DNA from: Mustelus asterias
Lineage: Eukaryota
Direction of reading: 5' to 3'
NCBI RefSeq assembly: GCF_964213995.1
Contig: NC_135830.1
Coordinates: 13,516,001-13,580,000 of the forward strand
DNA length: 64,000 bases
The notes under the pieces: generated by a model
The model's input: the letters and a program-made list of their open reading frames with translations, nothing else
Told to the model about the DNA's origin: nothing
Database searches by the model: none
Program-made: the position numbers and the translations under genes
In this document: positions 25,376 to 38,372 of the stretch, in pieces
Position numbering within the stretch: the first letter of the stretch is position 1
Layout: each line of letters begins with the position of its first letter

Positions 25376-26469
25376 ATATTTTTCCTCCAACGATAAATGA
25401 AATACCCAATTGCTTAATTGATTGGTTTTCAATTTTACTTCCACTATGTATCTTTGGTTTGAGTCAGGTATTTTCACGTCTCGGGCCCAAGCCTTGTTGA
25501 ACCAGTGCACCCAGCTCAGATACACCCTGGGTTAGAGACAGAGTAGAGTACATTCATTACAGGATTCTGCAAAATATCTTCACCGACTTTCCTCCCACTG
25601 AGGAGAAATCTGACAATTTCAACATTTCTGACAAACAAACACAACATTTAGATCTCGGTGTTCCTGCTTCTCTCGTTGTCCATGCCTTTACCATTGATGT
25701 CAGCTTTAAGCTGCTGCACCACACCCACTGGGAACTGAAGTGAGGGTCACACAGAAACATGGAGCAACAATCCCCCCATCAGAGAGAGGGGAGAGTGAAA
25801 TTGTTAACATACCGGATTCCTACTCACCCAACAAAGAGAGGGGAGGAGCAGTAGCTAACCCATGTACCATCACTTCCTCAATGAAAAGAGGAGGAATGTC
25901 ATTATTTAATCCACTCACCTCCACCTCGTCAGTGGTTAGAACCATCAGGCACATTGCTTCACCGGGTAGAGAGAGGGAAATTATGAGCTCACTCTCCTCC
26001 CTCTTCGCAAGTAATGTGTTTGGAAGGGACCAGCTCTCTCCTAGAAGAACCCAGTTGCCAACAGTACAAATTAGCTTCTGGTTTATTTGCTGCAGAGTTT
26101 GAAGTATCATTATCTTAATCAATGTGATGCATATATACTTATGCAACATAATTTAAAAATGTTTCTGCACTCTTGTTCCTGTTAGTCATGTCCTGGCATT
26201 GATTTCCCATAATGCAAATTGAAACAAATGATTGAATCCTCCCCGGTTTTTACTGTTCTGTCCCGAGTGTTTCTGAGATGCATCAATGAATGATTTCATT
26301 CGTTCTCCTGATATCACCGTGCCACTCACATAAACTACATTCATACAGCAAAATATTGAAAATATGCTCCATTATTCGTATTGTTTGGATCATTTTCAGT
26401 TAATGATTGCGGTGAAACTTTGAGCAACAGCTAAAAAATACACACACTGACAATACTCCACAAAACTGT

Positions 26470-26492
26470 CACAATTATAAATACACACATAA

Positions 26493-26538
<46 letters not shown>

Positions 26539-26918
26539 CGACACAAATGCACAACTACACACACAAATGCACATACTCACACATATGCACACAAATATAG
26601 AAAGACACATGTAAATATACACACACAAACGCATGCACATACCCCCACACATATACATATACAGAAATAGGGACAGGCACATTCAAATACAGACACAGAA
26701 ACACACAAAAACACAACAGATACAGTTTCACACACCATAGGTACACGCAATACTTGCACAGACGAACACACATGCAGAGAAACAAGAATGCACACACAAA
26801 TGCACTCATGGGCAACACATGCAGAAACAAAAATACACACTTCCACAAATACACCGACACAAAAATACACCCATACACAAACACATCCGTACACAAATAT
26901 ACATAGGGACACACCCAT

Positions 26919-26957
<39 letters not shown>

Positions 26958-27960
26958 TACACACGCACACACACATACGAACACATAGACACGCGCTCTT
27001 GTACAAACAGACACTAAAACAACAACATACACACACATAATCAAATATGTACAAACGCACACATGTACACATGAAACACACAAGTACATACACATACACA
27101 TACGTGAGTAGGTACAGACCCAAACACAAACACATACATGCATAGACACAATACAGACAGATACACACGCATGCAGACCCACATAAATACACAAGCACAT
27201 ACTTGGACTCAAATAAATACATATATTAGCACACGTTCACGCTGATAGGAATATAGATATAAAGACACACAATGTTATACACATTCACAAACATATATGA
27301 AAATACATATAAACAAATCACCAGACTGCATATAGAAGAACAGACAGCAAAACATTTACACACAAACATGTTGACGCAAACATTAACATGCTCATAGAAC
27401 AGAACACCATAGCACACATTACTACACATCGAAACACAAATATACATCAACGCACCATTATAAAGAATGTCAACACGTGTATACATACACTGACATGTCA
27501 ACAGGCGTGCACACAGACGCACACAGAAAGGGAAACAGTAAGTAGTCACCTGATGAAGGGACAACGCTGCGAAAGCTCGTGCAACCAAATAAACCTGTTG
27601 GACTTTAACCTGGTGTTGTGAGACTACTTACTGTGCCGACCCCAGTCCAACGCCGGCAACTGCACAGAAAGGGAAACAAACATTATTAGAGTGACAGAAA
27701 TTAACACATAGCAATAGGCATAAACACATGTGCACGCATTAAGAGTGGCATTAATATATATTCATAGACTTCACACAATAATAGAGTCATATATACACAA
27801 TGACAAAAGAATAAAATATGCGCACAGATGCAGACACCCAACTACACAAATCAACAATCACTGGCAAATGTACGCGCACATTAACACTCATAATCACATA
27901 TTAACTCAGAGCCAAAGATTAATGCAGAGCACGAGATGCTCATGCACACGCACACAAATG
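26470..27960. repeat. CA-rich low-complexity tract including pure (CA)n and (CT)n(CA)n microsatellites
   Basis: Visible directly. Confidence 0.9.
27545..27665 (+). mobile_element. Penelope-like terminal repeat fragment with minimal hammerhead-like core
   Basis: CTGATGA (27550-27556), short stem region, GAAA (27571-27574). Near-identical downstream block to 21001-21118 on the opposite strand. Confidence 0.55.
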
Positions 27961-28536
27961 CAAAATCTTCAATACAAACGGTAGGCAAATGATGAAAGTA
28001 TAATTTAAACGTGACTTTTTAATGGAGATATCCACAGATTTATTATCCCAATGTACAATGAACAGATAAACACGCTGAGAAACTGAATTAAGCTCACGAT
28101 CTACTAAACATTTCCACCATAAAGAAGCGCAGATCGGAAATTACATCCCAACTCTTAAACAACAACATTCACAGTTTACAGATCAGTAACCATCTGTGAA
28201 AACAATCATTGATCAGTGAACGTTCCTCGATATCAGTGATAATATTCTTCAATAGGGATAGTTCCGAATTGTCAAAAAATCAACTGATTTTCAATTAAAC
28301 ATCTTCAGTGCTTTCTGACATGGACTGTCCAAGGAATGTCAATAAAGATCAGGTGTGAAAATAGTTACGGAGATCGGTTACTGAGTGTCCTGAGCTTAAG
28401 AGTAGGTATACATTGAAAATTAGGTTCAAGAATAAATGAACAGTTTAAAAAGGAGAACGGGGAAAAGAAAGATAACAATAAGATTACCTGGATAAATAAA
28501 GTAATCTAATTTCATATCCTGGTCTCCGTCCCCTAG

Positions 28537-28664
28537 ACTCCACCGACCGCATCTGGATTGAAGACAATGAGGATGATAACAGTAACATCTGGACAACGGC
28601 TTCCACATTCATTGTCCTGTTCTTCCTGAGCATTTTCTACAGCACTGCGGTCACTCTGGTGAAG
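28537..28664 (+). CDS. IGHM: IgM TM1 exon (DSTDRIWIEDNEDDNSNIWTTASTFIVLFFLSIFYSTAVTLVK)
   Basis: CCCTAG| acceptor, CART motif W-T-F-LF-LS-YS, AAG|GTGAGA donor. Confidence 0.95.
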
Positions 28665-28804
28665 GTGAGATGATTGAATGCACTCACATATCAAACTGAC
28701 AGAATGGATTTGAAAAATCTCTCAATGTTCCACTGATTAAAAACTCTAACTTTAATGTCCCGCATCATAAACATCTGCTTCATTATTGTATCTTTCTTTT
28801 ACAG

Positions 28805-28813
28805 ATCAAGTGA
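28805..28813 (+). CDS. IGHM: IgM TM2 exon (IK*)
   Basis: TTTCTTTTACAG|ATC AAG TGA. Candidate membrane poly(A) signal AATAAA at 29240-29245. Confidence 0.88.
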   Translation: MK

Positions 28814-29421
28814 TGGGTTGAATTTTGGATGCTGCAGATTTCCCTCAGCTGATTATTATGATCTCTGTATGACACAAATACAATATCTGCTCTCAGTTTA
28901 TCATTCTGAATCTGTAACTGAGACAATCGTAGACGGTATTTCAGTTTTCAGAGTGAAAAGTACGAGGCATTTTTTGTTATAATGTAATTGTGGTTAACAG
29001 TTTCCCCATAGTTTAAATATCATGTATAAATAAGAAACTTTTCTCATTCCATTTCAATATTTGTTAATTCCTCCTTCTATTAAGGTCCTGTTTTCTCTTT
29101 CTGGTGTATGTAACAGATGTACAAATATTGACGGATTCCCTGTGCATGTGTTGTGTTCTCAATGTGAAGCTCGATCGTTAAATTCACTTTTCTAACTTTA
29201 AAAAATAATGTCGCTGTAAAATATTCTCTGAATTTTTAAAATAAATATTGAATGAAAATGTAACCATCTCTGGCTTGGCTTAATTCCGTTTTCCAAAGCC
29301 CATCAACTCCGCCCCATATTCCATATTATACGGTTTCCCCTCTTTCCCAGACATGTCTGTTCTCCCAGTCCTGTGCGGGATGGGATGTGTTTGAACTCAA
29401 GGCTGTTCAGTGAAAGAGTCA

Positions 29422-29440
29422 CTGCGCCACCCAGTGGCCA
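29422..29440 (-). promoter_or_regulatory. Candidate CTCF site 3' of the IgM cluster
   Basis: Reverse strand TGGCCACTGGGTGGCGCAG, one mismatch to the CCASYAGRKGGCRS core. Confidence 0.45.
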
Positions 29441-29969
29441 ATCCGTATAAAGACACCTTCATCTCTGCCTTTTTATAATAAAATCCAGAGACAGAGCGAG
29501 TGAAGAACGGGGAGAACCTCGGTGATTTCACTCATAAACTGGTCTGTCACTGACCGAGTTTCAGGTAATTCTAAAAAGCAAAGGCTCTGTTTCATCAGAG
29601 GCCGATGCAGGACAGTGTGTGGCAGAAGATAGTTTCATTTACACTGCCCCTTAAAAAAACTATCAGTGTCGCTGCAGCGTGGGTTAACAGTGTGAATCTC
29701 TCTATATTTCGTCCGATGAAATACTTACAAGGCAGACATGCCACAAGCTAGATAGAGAACACATCCAGAGCAGAGGTGCAAACCATGAGGTGAAACCAAG
29801 AGACTGGGGTGCATTTCACATAAGCAGATAATAGATTACAAATTTCCAAATTAAGGCGAGTGCTATGGGATAATTTGAGATGACCAATACTGTATTTAAC
29901 TACAGACTAGAGACAATTCAAGTGTTGTCATTTTGGTCTGAGTTTAGGTAACCTCATCTCACTGTACAC

Positions 29970-30895
29970 CAGTGCATTGACACTGAGGAGAGAATGTTCA
30001 CTCCCTCTAAATGTGGGAAGGGAGTCACTCATTTGTCCCATCCGCTGAGATCCAGTGATTTCAGAAATAACTATATTGATTGTATTTTACTTTTAATCAC
30101 AGCCAGGACTGAATCCCATTCTTTGGGGTCTGTTTCTACTGCTGATGATAAACTCCAGGCCAGTTGTATGTTTTTAATCTTCTGGTTAAAAGTTAAATAA
30201 ATCAGCTTTATGTTAAGCTGAGTGTCAATTTTTTTTGATATCTCCAATATGTTAGGAGTTTTTGAGATGCTCTGCCCATTCCCTCTTTCCTCCATCCTCA
30301 CTTCCAATAACAAGTGTAAGCAACTCATAGAGCTTCTTTAAGATTGAGAACATCCAATGAATTACCTCTACTACTTCCAACAGCCCACCAGAAAAATACT
30401 GCTTCTAAAGTTCCTCATTGTCTGAGCTCTGAACCTGCATCTTCCTCTGCATTCTGTCACCATTTAATTGGGACCATCAGTGGTGGTGTTTTTAACCCAG
30501 CATTCCCCATGGTTGAGAGTATCCCCTTTCCACAGCACAGGAGAGCAGTGGGCAGGCCTGGTTCTGCCCTGTGTTTGGAGCATCCGCAGTGTCAGCCATG
30601 ACTATGAACAGACATTTCTCTCTCGGATCCATGATGGGTAAAAGGTGGGATGGCGGGAGCAATGGATTTGGTGGGTGGATAGAGATTCTCTGGAAACCTG
30701 CTGTGTAAACTGCAAATCCCAAATGAGAAGCTACTGAGTGGACACAAGGGGAATTATCCCGGTGACAAAGCTGGAGCAGGAGGAGAGAATGTTGTGAATT
30801 TCTATCCTGGATGGATTTCGGAAACTCCTTTTACAGGGGGTTAGAAGAGGAGGATTTACACACGGCAATCCCAAACTGAAGAAAGGTTCATCTCT
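29970..30895 (+). pseudogene. Zinc-finger gene debris
   Basis: A decayed finger (ACACTGAGGAGAGAATGTTCACT...TGTGGGAAGGGA) plus the ZNF 3' motif TTAATCACA.CCAGGACTGAA at 29970-30130. An orphan ZNF acceptor cassette (TTTACAG...GAGGATTTACA) lies at 30790-30880. Confidence 0.55.
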
Positions 30896-30897
30896 AC

Positions 30898-31150
30898 AGG
30901 GTGGCACAGTGGTTAGCACTGCTGCCTCACCATCTGTGTGGAGTTTGCACATTCCACCTGTGACTTTAGGGGTTTTCTCCAGGTGCTCTGCTTTCGTCCC
31001 ACAGTCAAAAGATGTGCAGGTTAGAGAATTAGCGGGGTAAACATGTGGAGTTGCTGGCGGTGGGCCTGGGTAAGATGTTCTTTTGCAGAGTCAGTGCAGA
31101 CTCGATGGGCTGAATGGTCTCCTTCTACACTGTAGGGGATTCTATGATTC
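30898..31150 (+). mobile_element. HE1-like SINE
   Basis: GGTGGCACAGTGGTTAGCACTGCTGCCTCAC head and family core. Confidence 0.75.
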
Positions 31151-31243
31151 TTCGGATACAGGTCTTCAAATGGGATGGACAGGTAAGTATGGACAGAATG
31201 TTTCCACTGAGACATGAATACACAGTAAATAGTAGTAAATCCA

Positions 31244-31360
31244 ACCATTTACACTCAGACACCAAATCCAGGGACCACTTACACCCAGGCACCAAATCCA
31301 GGGACCACTGGCACCATGACATCAAACTCAAGGACCACTTACAACGAGACACCAAATTTA
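31244..31360. repeat. 30-bp minisatellite, about 4 copies
   Basis: ACCACTTACACCCAGGCACCAAATCCAGGG-like units spaced 30 bp apart. Confidence 0.8.
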
Positions 31361-31834
31361 AGCAGCAATAAAAGGACATCTATGCAAGCAGCCAGTGCCA
31401 CAATAAAATAAAGCTGCTTACAAACTGCGGAGAACATGTTTTTAAAAAATACATTTCTTAAAGGCACACTGGCGTCACTTTCCTAAAAACATAAAAGGTG
31501 CAACCTTCCCCAACAAAAATTCTATTTGTCAAAAGAGTCTGATGAGTTTGACACTGCAATCTTCCCAAACTCTGTCAATTTCTTTAGCAATTGGGAGATT
31601 TGTGTCCATGGGGGAGCGGGTGGTGTGGAGCTTTTGCATGCCAGAGAAGCCATCAAAATCAACGATGACAATTGCAAAGATCAGAACATTTCAAAGGCTC
31701 TCACATGCAGTACGTGTGGTGGAGTTTTAATAAACAAGATTCCAAAAGGGTTAATTGAGCCAGAAAATAACAGATTTCTTCTGCAATATCGTTCTACAAT
31801 GGATGGTTCACAGGAACTCCAGATGTGTGTAAAG

Positions 31835-33035
31835 TGAAACACATTGACGAAGGGAAGACGGTAGATGTGGTTTATATGGATTTCAGCAAGGCGTTCGATA
31901 AGGTCCCCCATGCAAGGCTTCTAGAAAAAGTGAGAGGGCACGGGATCCAAGGGGCTGCTGCCCGATGGATCCAGAACTGGCTTGCCCAAAGGAGGCAGAG
32001 AGTGGGTATAGATGGGTCTTTTTCTAAATGGAGGTCGGTCACCAGTGGTGTGCCCCAGGGATCTGTTCTGGGACTCTTGCTGCTTGTCATTTTCAGAAAT
32101 GACCTGGACGAGGAAGCGGAGGGATGGGTTGGTAAGTTTGCCGATGACATGAAGGTTGGTGAGGTTGTGGATAGTCTGGAGGGATGTCAGAAGTTACAGA
32201 GGGACATAGATAGGATGCAAGACTGGGCAGAGAAGTGGCAGATGGACTTCAACCCAGATAAATGCGAAGTGGTTCATTTTGGCAGGTCAAATGGGATGAA
32301 GGAGTACAATATAAAGGGAAAGACTCTTAGTACGGTAGAGGATCAGAAGGACCTTGGGGTCCGGGTCCATAGGACTCTAAAATCGGCCCCACAGGTGGAG
32401 GAGGTGGTTAAGAAGGCGTATGGTGTGCTGGCCTTTATCAATCAAGGGATTGAGTTTGGGAGTCCGGGGATAATGATGCAGCTATATGAGACCCTCGTCA
32501 GACTCCACTTGGAGTACTGTGCTCAGTTCTGGTCGCCTCACTATAGGAAGGATGTGGAAAAGATTGAAAGGGTGCAGAGGCGATTTACAAGGATGTTGCC
32601 TGGATTGAGTGGCATGCCTTATGAGGATAGGCTGAGGGAGCTCGGTCTTTTCTCCTTGGAGAGACGAAGGATGGGAGGAGACCTAATAGAGGTGTATAAG
32701 ATGTTGAGAGGCATAGATCGTGTTGACTCTCAGAGGCTTTTTCCCAGGGTGAAAATGGCTGCTACGAGAGGACACAGGTTTAAGGTGCTGGGGGGTAGGT
32801 ACAGGGGAAATGTTAGGGGGAAGTTTTTCATACAGAGGGTGGTGGGCGAGTGGAATCGGCTGCCGTCAGTGGTGGTGGAGGCAAACTCAATAGAGTCTTT
32901 TAAGAGACTCCTGGATGAGTACATGGGACTTAATAGGATGGAGGGTTATAGGTAGGCCTAGAAGGTAAGGACATGTTCGGCACAACTTGTAGGGCCGAAG
33001 GGTCTGTTTTGTGCTGTAGTTTTCTATGTTTTCTA
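31835..33035 (+). mobile_element. 5'-truncated CR1 LINE (RT C-terminal half plus 3' UTR)
   Basis: ORF 31825-32955 with DFSKAFDKVPH, GVPQGSVLG, KFADD and LEYCAQFWSP. GGCCGAAGGG...GTGCTGTA stem-loop and short-repeat tail. Confidence 0.95.
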
Positions 33036-33204
33036 TTACAGTTCAATTTGTCACACCCACAAGTAGAACACTCAAACAGAACAAGCTTGTGGTTTCTTTT
33101 CTTCTGCTGTCTGAGAGAAGAAGCAAAAACCGTGTTAAATATTAATCTCTGAGCTCGATATCCAGGTCAAAGCTTCTGGTGTAAGATTTCTTATGAGTTT
33201 AGGG

Positions 33205-33505
33205 GCACCCAGTGGCGAAGTAATATTGAACAAGTAATCCAGAAACCCAAAGTCATGTTCTGGGGACCTGGGTTCAAATCCCACCATGGCAGCTGGTGGA
33301 ATTTGAATTCAATAACAAAAAAATCCGGAAATAAACTTTTAATGAAACCGTTGCCGATTGTCATAAAAAACTCTTGTCCTTTAGGGAAGGAAATCTGCCA
33401 CCCTTACCCGGTATGTTCCATGTGTGACTCCAGATCCACAGCAATGTGGGTCTTTAAATGGTCCAGCAAGCCATTCAGTTCAAGGGCAATTAGGTTTGAG
33501 CAATG
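33205..33505 (+). mobile_element. SacSINE1-like SINE
   Basis: B-box-like GGTTCAAATCC and family core. Confidence 0.65.
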
Positions 33506-34325
33506 AGTATGGACAGAGTAAATAGTCAGAAACTGTTCCCACTCAAGAGAGCACCAAGAACTAGGGCACAGATTCAAAGGATTTAGCCAAGGAGTAAGAG
33601 TGATGTGAGTAAAAATGTTTCACTCAGAGGTTGGTTGGAGTATGGAACAAATTCACTGAGAAGGTCGTGGAGGCAGGTTCTATCGAGGTATTGAAAAGAA
33701 AATTAGATTGCTATCCGAAAAGAAAGAATGTGCAATGTTACGGGAATAAGGCAGGGAAGTAGCACTGGGTACAATGCCCTTTCAGAGACCCAGGACAGAC
33801 TCAATGGGCTGAATGGTGTCCTTCTGCACTGTGAGGATTCTGTGTTTCTGTCAGCACAGACCCCACATCATCAGCATTGGAACTGAAACTCCCATCATTA
33901 CATCAACACCAGAACCACGATGGAATTTCAGAAAACTGGGAAATCATCCGAAAGGCAATGACACCAACAACAGGTGGGTTTCACCAAGCACCCAATGTCT
34001 TCAATAGATTGATAGGATTGATGAAAGTTCAGAGTTTAATCCGGGAGAAGATGAATCAGTGAACAGAAATAATCTTGAGCAAGAAAAGGCCCAAATAATG
34101 GCACTGTCAAAAACAGGAGATCAATCATTCTCCTCTTATTATTGGAGAAATCCAAAACACTGTGTTTGAATCAAAGCTGATTTAATCAACATTTACAAAC
34201 AACATCACTGCACACACCAGCTTTCATGCTTATTAATATCAGCAGCAACAAACTCCAACTCTCAGAATGAACATGGTTCAGTCCTGGATGTGATTAACAG
34301 CAGATTCTAAATCCAATCCCTTCAG

Positions 34326-35195
34326 TTACTTGTGAACTCGCTGGTGCCTCAGCTGTGTGGATGAACGACTGAATCTCTTTCCACACACTGAGCAAGGAAA
34401 TGGCCTCTCCCCGGTGTGAACTCGCTGGTGTGTCAGCAGGGTGGACGACTGAGTGAATCCCTTCCCACACACTGAGCAGATGAACGGCCTCTCCCCAGTG
34501 TGACTCCTTTGGTGATTAAGTAGGTTGGACATCCAAGTGAAGCCTTTCCCACAGAAAAAGCAGGTGAAGGGCCTCTCCCTGGTGTGAGTGAGTTGGTGCA
34601 TCAGCAGATCCATCTGGCTTTTAAAGTACTTCTCACAGTCAGGACATTTAAACAGTCTCTTATCAGTATGAACAAGTTGGTGTGTCAGTAGGTCGAATGA
34701 ACGGGTGAATCCCTTCCCACACACGGAGCAGGGGAACAGTCTCTCCCCAGTGTGAGTGCGTTTATGGTTCAACAGATCATTTTTCCTTTTATAGTTTTTC
34801 TCACAGTCAGAACATTGGAAAGGTCTCTCCTCACTGTGGATACGATGGTGTGACAGGAGGTGGGATGAGTTTGTGAACTCTTTCCCACAGACAGAGCAGG
34901 TAAATGGTCTCTCCCCAGTGTGAACATGCCGGTGTCTTAGAAGGTGGGATGATTTAGTGAATCCTTTCTGACACACAGAGCAAGTGAATGGCCTCTCCCC
35001 AGTGTGACTGCGGTGATGAATATGTAACTCAGATGGGTAATCAAATCCCTTCCCACAGTCTCCACATATCCACGGTTTCTCCCCAGTGGGACAGCACTTG
35101 TGTTTTGACAGGTTTGATGAGCGACTGAAACCTCGTCCACACACAGAACATGTAAACACCTTCTCCCCATTGTGAACGGTGCTTTTTGATTCCAT
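34326..35195 (-). CDS. C2H2 zinc-finger protein (9 canonical fingers plus 1 N-terminal C2HC-like finger)
   Basis: 289-aa ORF with HTGERPF linkers, ending cleanly at HQRVHK*. Confidence 0.88.
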   Translation of the reverse strand: MESKSTVHNGEKVFTCSVCGRGFSRSSNLSKHKCCPTGEKPWICGDCGKGFDYPSELHIHHRSHTGERPFTCSVCQKGFTKSSHLLRHRHVHTGERPFTCSVCGKEFTNSSHLLSHHRIHSEERPFQCSDCEKNYKRKNDLLNHKRTHTGERLFPCSVCGKGFTRSFDLLTHQLVHTDKRLFKCPDCEKYFKSQMDLLMHQLTHTRERPFTCFFCGKGFTWMSNLLNHQRSHTGERPFICSVCGKGFTQSSTLLTHQRVHTGERPFPCSVCGKRFSRSSTQLRHQRVHK

Positions 35196-35721
35196 GTTCA
35201 GAAGTCGATGATGTTCAGGCCCTGATGAATTGGGTGTCTGTCAGATCCTGATGTGATGTTTGATCTGAGTTTCCCACCTACAAATCCTCCTCTTCCAATA
35301 TGCTGTAAAATTAATTCAAAAAGGAGAAAAAACAGTGATAAACACAAAGGTCGGTTGTGAAATTGAGCTGAATGAATCCGGTAATTTGTGGAGCCGGCAC
35401 AAGGAAAAAGTGACCACGAAAGCTGCTGGATTGTGATTAAAAACTCAAATGGTTTGTTAATGTCCTTCAATTCAGGAAACCTGCCACCCAGTCCAGATCT
35501 ACACAAGAATTCAACCTTAATGGGAGGAGAAAGATAGAGATGAAACAGGGAGGGAATGAACGGAAAGGACTTTATACATCGACAACTGGACAAGAACTTT
35601 GACAGAACCTGCCAAACCACAACCTTCACCAACTCAAAGGACGCAGGAAAACTATCACCTCCAAATGTCGCTTTCAATCTCAAAACAACTTGTAATCCTG
35701 AGGTAACCTGTAACCTCCTGC

Positions 35722-35915
35722 ATTTAAGGGGCAATTTAGCCTGGTCAATCCACCTAACCTGCACACCTTTGGGGTGTGGGAGGAAACCGGAGCACCTAAA
35801 GGAAACTCATGCAGTCACAAGGAGAACATGCAAACTCCACACAGTCACCCAAAGCTGGAATCGAAGTCGGGTCCCTGATGCTGTGAAACAGCAGTGTTGA
35901 CCACTGTGCCACTGT
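35722..35915 (-). mobile_element. HE1-like SINE
   Basis: Family core on the reverse strand. Confidence 0.7.
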
Positions 35916-36687
35916 ACTATGTTGCTCAGAAATAAGTTTTAGGATTTTGGCCGAGTGATTGTGAAGGCAGAGCAGTAAACTACCAAGTCAGAATAGTGTG
36001 TGATTCTGAAGAGTAAATGCAGGTAGTGGGGTTTCTGTGCACAAACTGCCCTTATCCATGTTGGAGAAGAGGTTTGTAGTTTTGGAAGCTGCTGTCAAAG
36101 GAGGTTTAGCCAATTGCTGGTAATTCCAGTAATGTCCATGTTCCAGTTATTAATTTGAAAATTTTCTAAATGAAAATTTAATGAAAATCCCTGACAGAAC
36201 TACTTTTTCCTTACTTGAAACACAGCTTTAAATGGTCCGTTTGTTTCTAGAGTCGGTTCCATGAGCAACGCCTTCAACTAAACAAAATCAAAACACTGCA
36301 GCTGCTGGAAATCTGAAATGAAAAGAGAAAACGTTGTAAATACTCATCAGGTTAGACAGCATCAATGGAGACAGAAACAGAATTAATGTTGCAGTCACTG
36401 ATGCTCCTCGAATAAAACACAGACCAATAGCTGCTGTTTAATGGGGCCGTGGATCCTACAATCCCATGTGCCCCAGAAACCACTCTATCCATCAGACACA
36501 TTTCCCATTATGACATTTCTGTGTCAAGAGGATGCGCTGTTTAAAAGTTGTCAAGTTCCATTTTTGCGTGTTCATGTTCATTAAAGATACAGTTCGACTT
36601 CCCCCTCATTATGTATCAATTTCAGATACTTCGGTTGAGAATTTCCATTCCCCTACTTTCTGTTGGATAATGAATGCCTTGAGTACT

Positions 36688-37010
36688 TAGAAATCATAGA
36701 AACCCTACAGTGCAGAAAGAGGCCATTCAGCCCATCGAGTCTGCACCAACCACAATCCCACCCAGGCCGACCCCCATATTCCTACATATTTTACCCGCTA
36801 ATCCCTCTAACCTACGCATCTCAGGACACTAACGGGCAATTTTTAGAATGGCCAATCATCCTAACCTGCACATCTTTGGACTGTGGGGAGAAACCCACAC
36901 AGACACAAGGAGAATGTGCAAACTCCACACAGACAGTGACCCGATCCGGGATTCGAACGCAGGTCCTTGGAGCTGTGAAGCAGCAGTGCTAACCACTGTG
37001 CTACCGTGCC
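36688..37010 (-). mobile_element. HE1-like SINE
   Basis: Family core and tail, similar to 18470-18780. Confidence 0.75.
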
Positions 37011-37129
37011 GCATAGGTTACAGTATAATTTGATTCCTAATGTTATTGACTGCACCCGTATCCCTAATTTTCACATCGCAGCAGAAAAAGCTCACCGTTC
37101 CTAAATGAGGAATTTCGATGGCGTGCGCT

Positions 37130-37560
37130 TTACCCAACATTCCTCGCGGTGGGGAATGTTCCCTATCCACAGCACGGGAGAGAGGTGCACATGCGCAGTC
37201 AGGCCGTGTTTGGCGCATGTGCAGCGTGGATGATGGCAATGGGGAGAGACGTTCCTCTGTTTCATCAGCAACCGGTAAGGATGCGTAGACATGGAGGGAG
37301 GATTGGAACCGGCAGATGGACGGAGAGGGTTTCTAAATATCTGGTGAAGGTCTCAAACCTCTAATAGTAATCCGCAAGTCCCGTGTTTGCAGCTTCAGGT
37401 CTTTTTCTCGAGATGAGACTCAGGTTAACAGCCGCCATCTTGATTCAGCAGGGAGCAGAGCGCATGCGCTGGTGTCTTGGTGACGCAACAGTGAGTGGGC
37501 GGGGCTTCAGCGTTTTCTGCTCCCAACCGGGTCCTCGTGACCGGAAAGCATCGCAAACTG
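37130..37560. promoter_or_regulatory. CpG-rich (probably bidirectional) ZNF promoter
   Basis: YY1-like GCCGCCATCTTG 37431, NRF1-like GCGCATGCGC 37460 and CATGCGCA near 37190, TGACGCAA, GC box GGGCGGGG. Lies between divergent ZNF ORFs. Confidence 0.6.
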
Positions 37561-38372
37561 AGCAACAGGTTTGAAACACCCACTCCCAGGGAAAAATGGA
37601 GTATGAAAGTAAGCTCGCAGGGACATAAAAACTGACTGTAAAAGTTTCTATAGATATATAAAGAGAAAATGATTGACAAAATGTTAGAAATGGGAGAATT
37701 CATCACGGGGAATAAAGGGCCGAAGGGCCTGTTCCTGTGCTGTATTGTTCTTTGTTCGAGGGCCGAAGGGCCTGTACTGCGCTGTATTGTTCTATGTTCT
37801 GTGTTCTATGGATCTGTCAATCAGCCTCAACCAGCACCTTCAGGAGAATTGGGAGGGTGAATATTAGATACAGCAGAGTGAGAATGGAGGGAGAGTGTGT
37901 GGGATGGAGATTCACAGCTTTTGGGGAATGAGAGAGGAAAGAATGTTCCAGAGAAACTAGAATTGTCCTGAATTTCTATCCTGTGCTGACACTGATCACT
38001 TTTGTAAATTCTTTTTACAGGATATTGGAAGGGGAGGATTTACAGACAAATTTCAAACCAAACGTCACATCAACATCTGACATCCTCACTCAATTCATCG
38101 GGACCTGAATATTTCGACCTTTGTTTCTCAAAGGAGAAATGTTTCTCTGTTCTGTGCTTCAAAAACTTTAATCATTTGTGTGACTTGAAAAGCACCGAGA
38201 CACATACACAGCTGAGTGAGAGTGTTCCAGGGCACTGAGTGTGGAAAGAGCTTTAACCAGTTACATTGCCTGAAAATACATCGCAGCATTCACAGTGGGA
38301 GAGACTGTACCTGTGTTCTGTGTGAGATTTAACTGCTTGTTTAACCTGGAGAGTCACAAGGACACCCACACC

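Noticed and set aside
25740-26149. Overlapping 120/109-aa ORFs in the Cmu4-TM intron as an extra Ig exon
   Set aside because: No Ig-domain Cys/Trp pattern or convincing splice sites.
26431-27588. Cys/Val-rich minus-strand ORFs
   Set aside because: Translation of (TG)n-type repeats.
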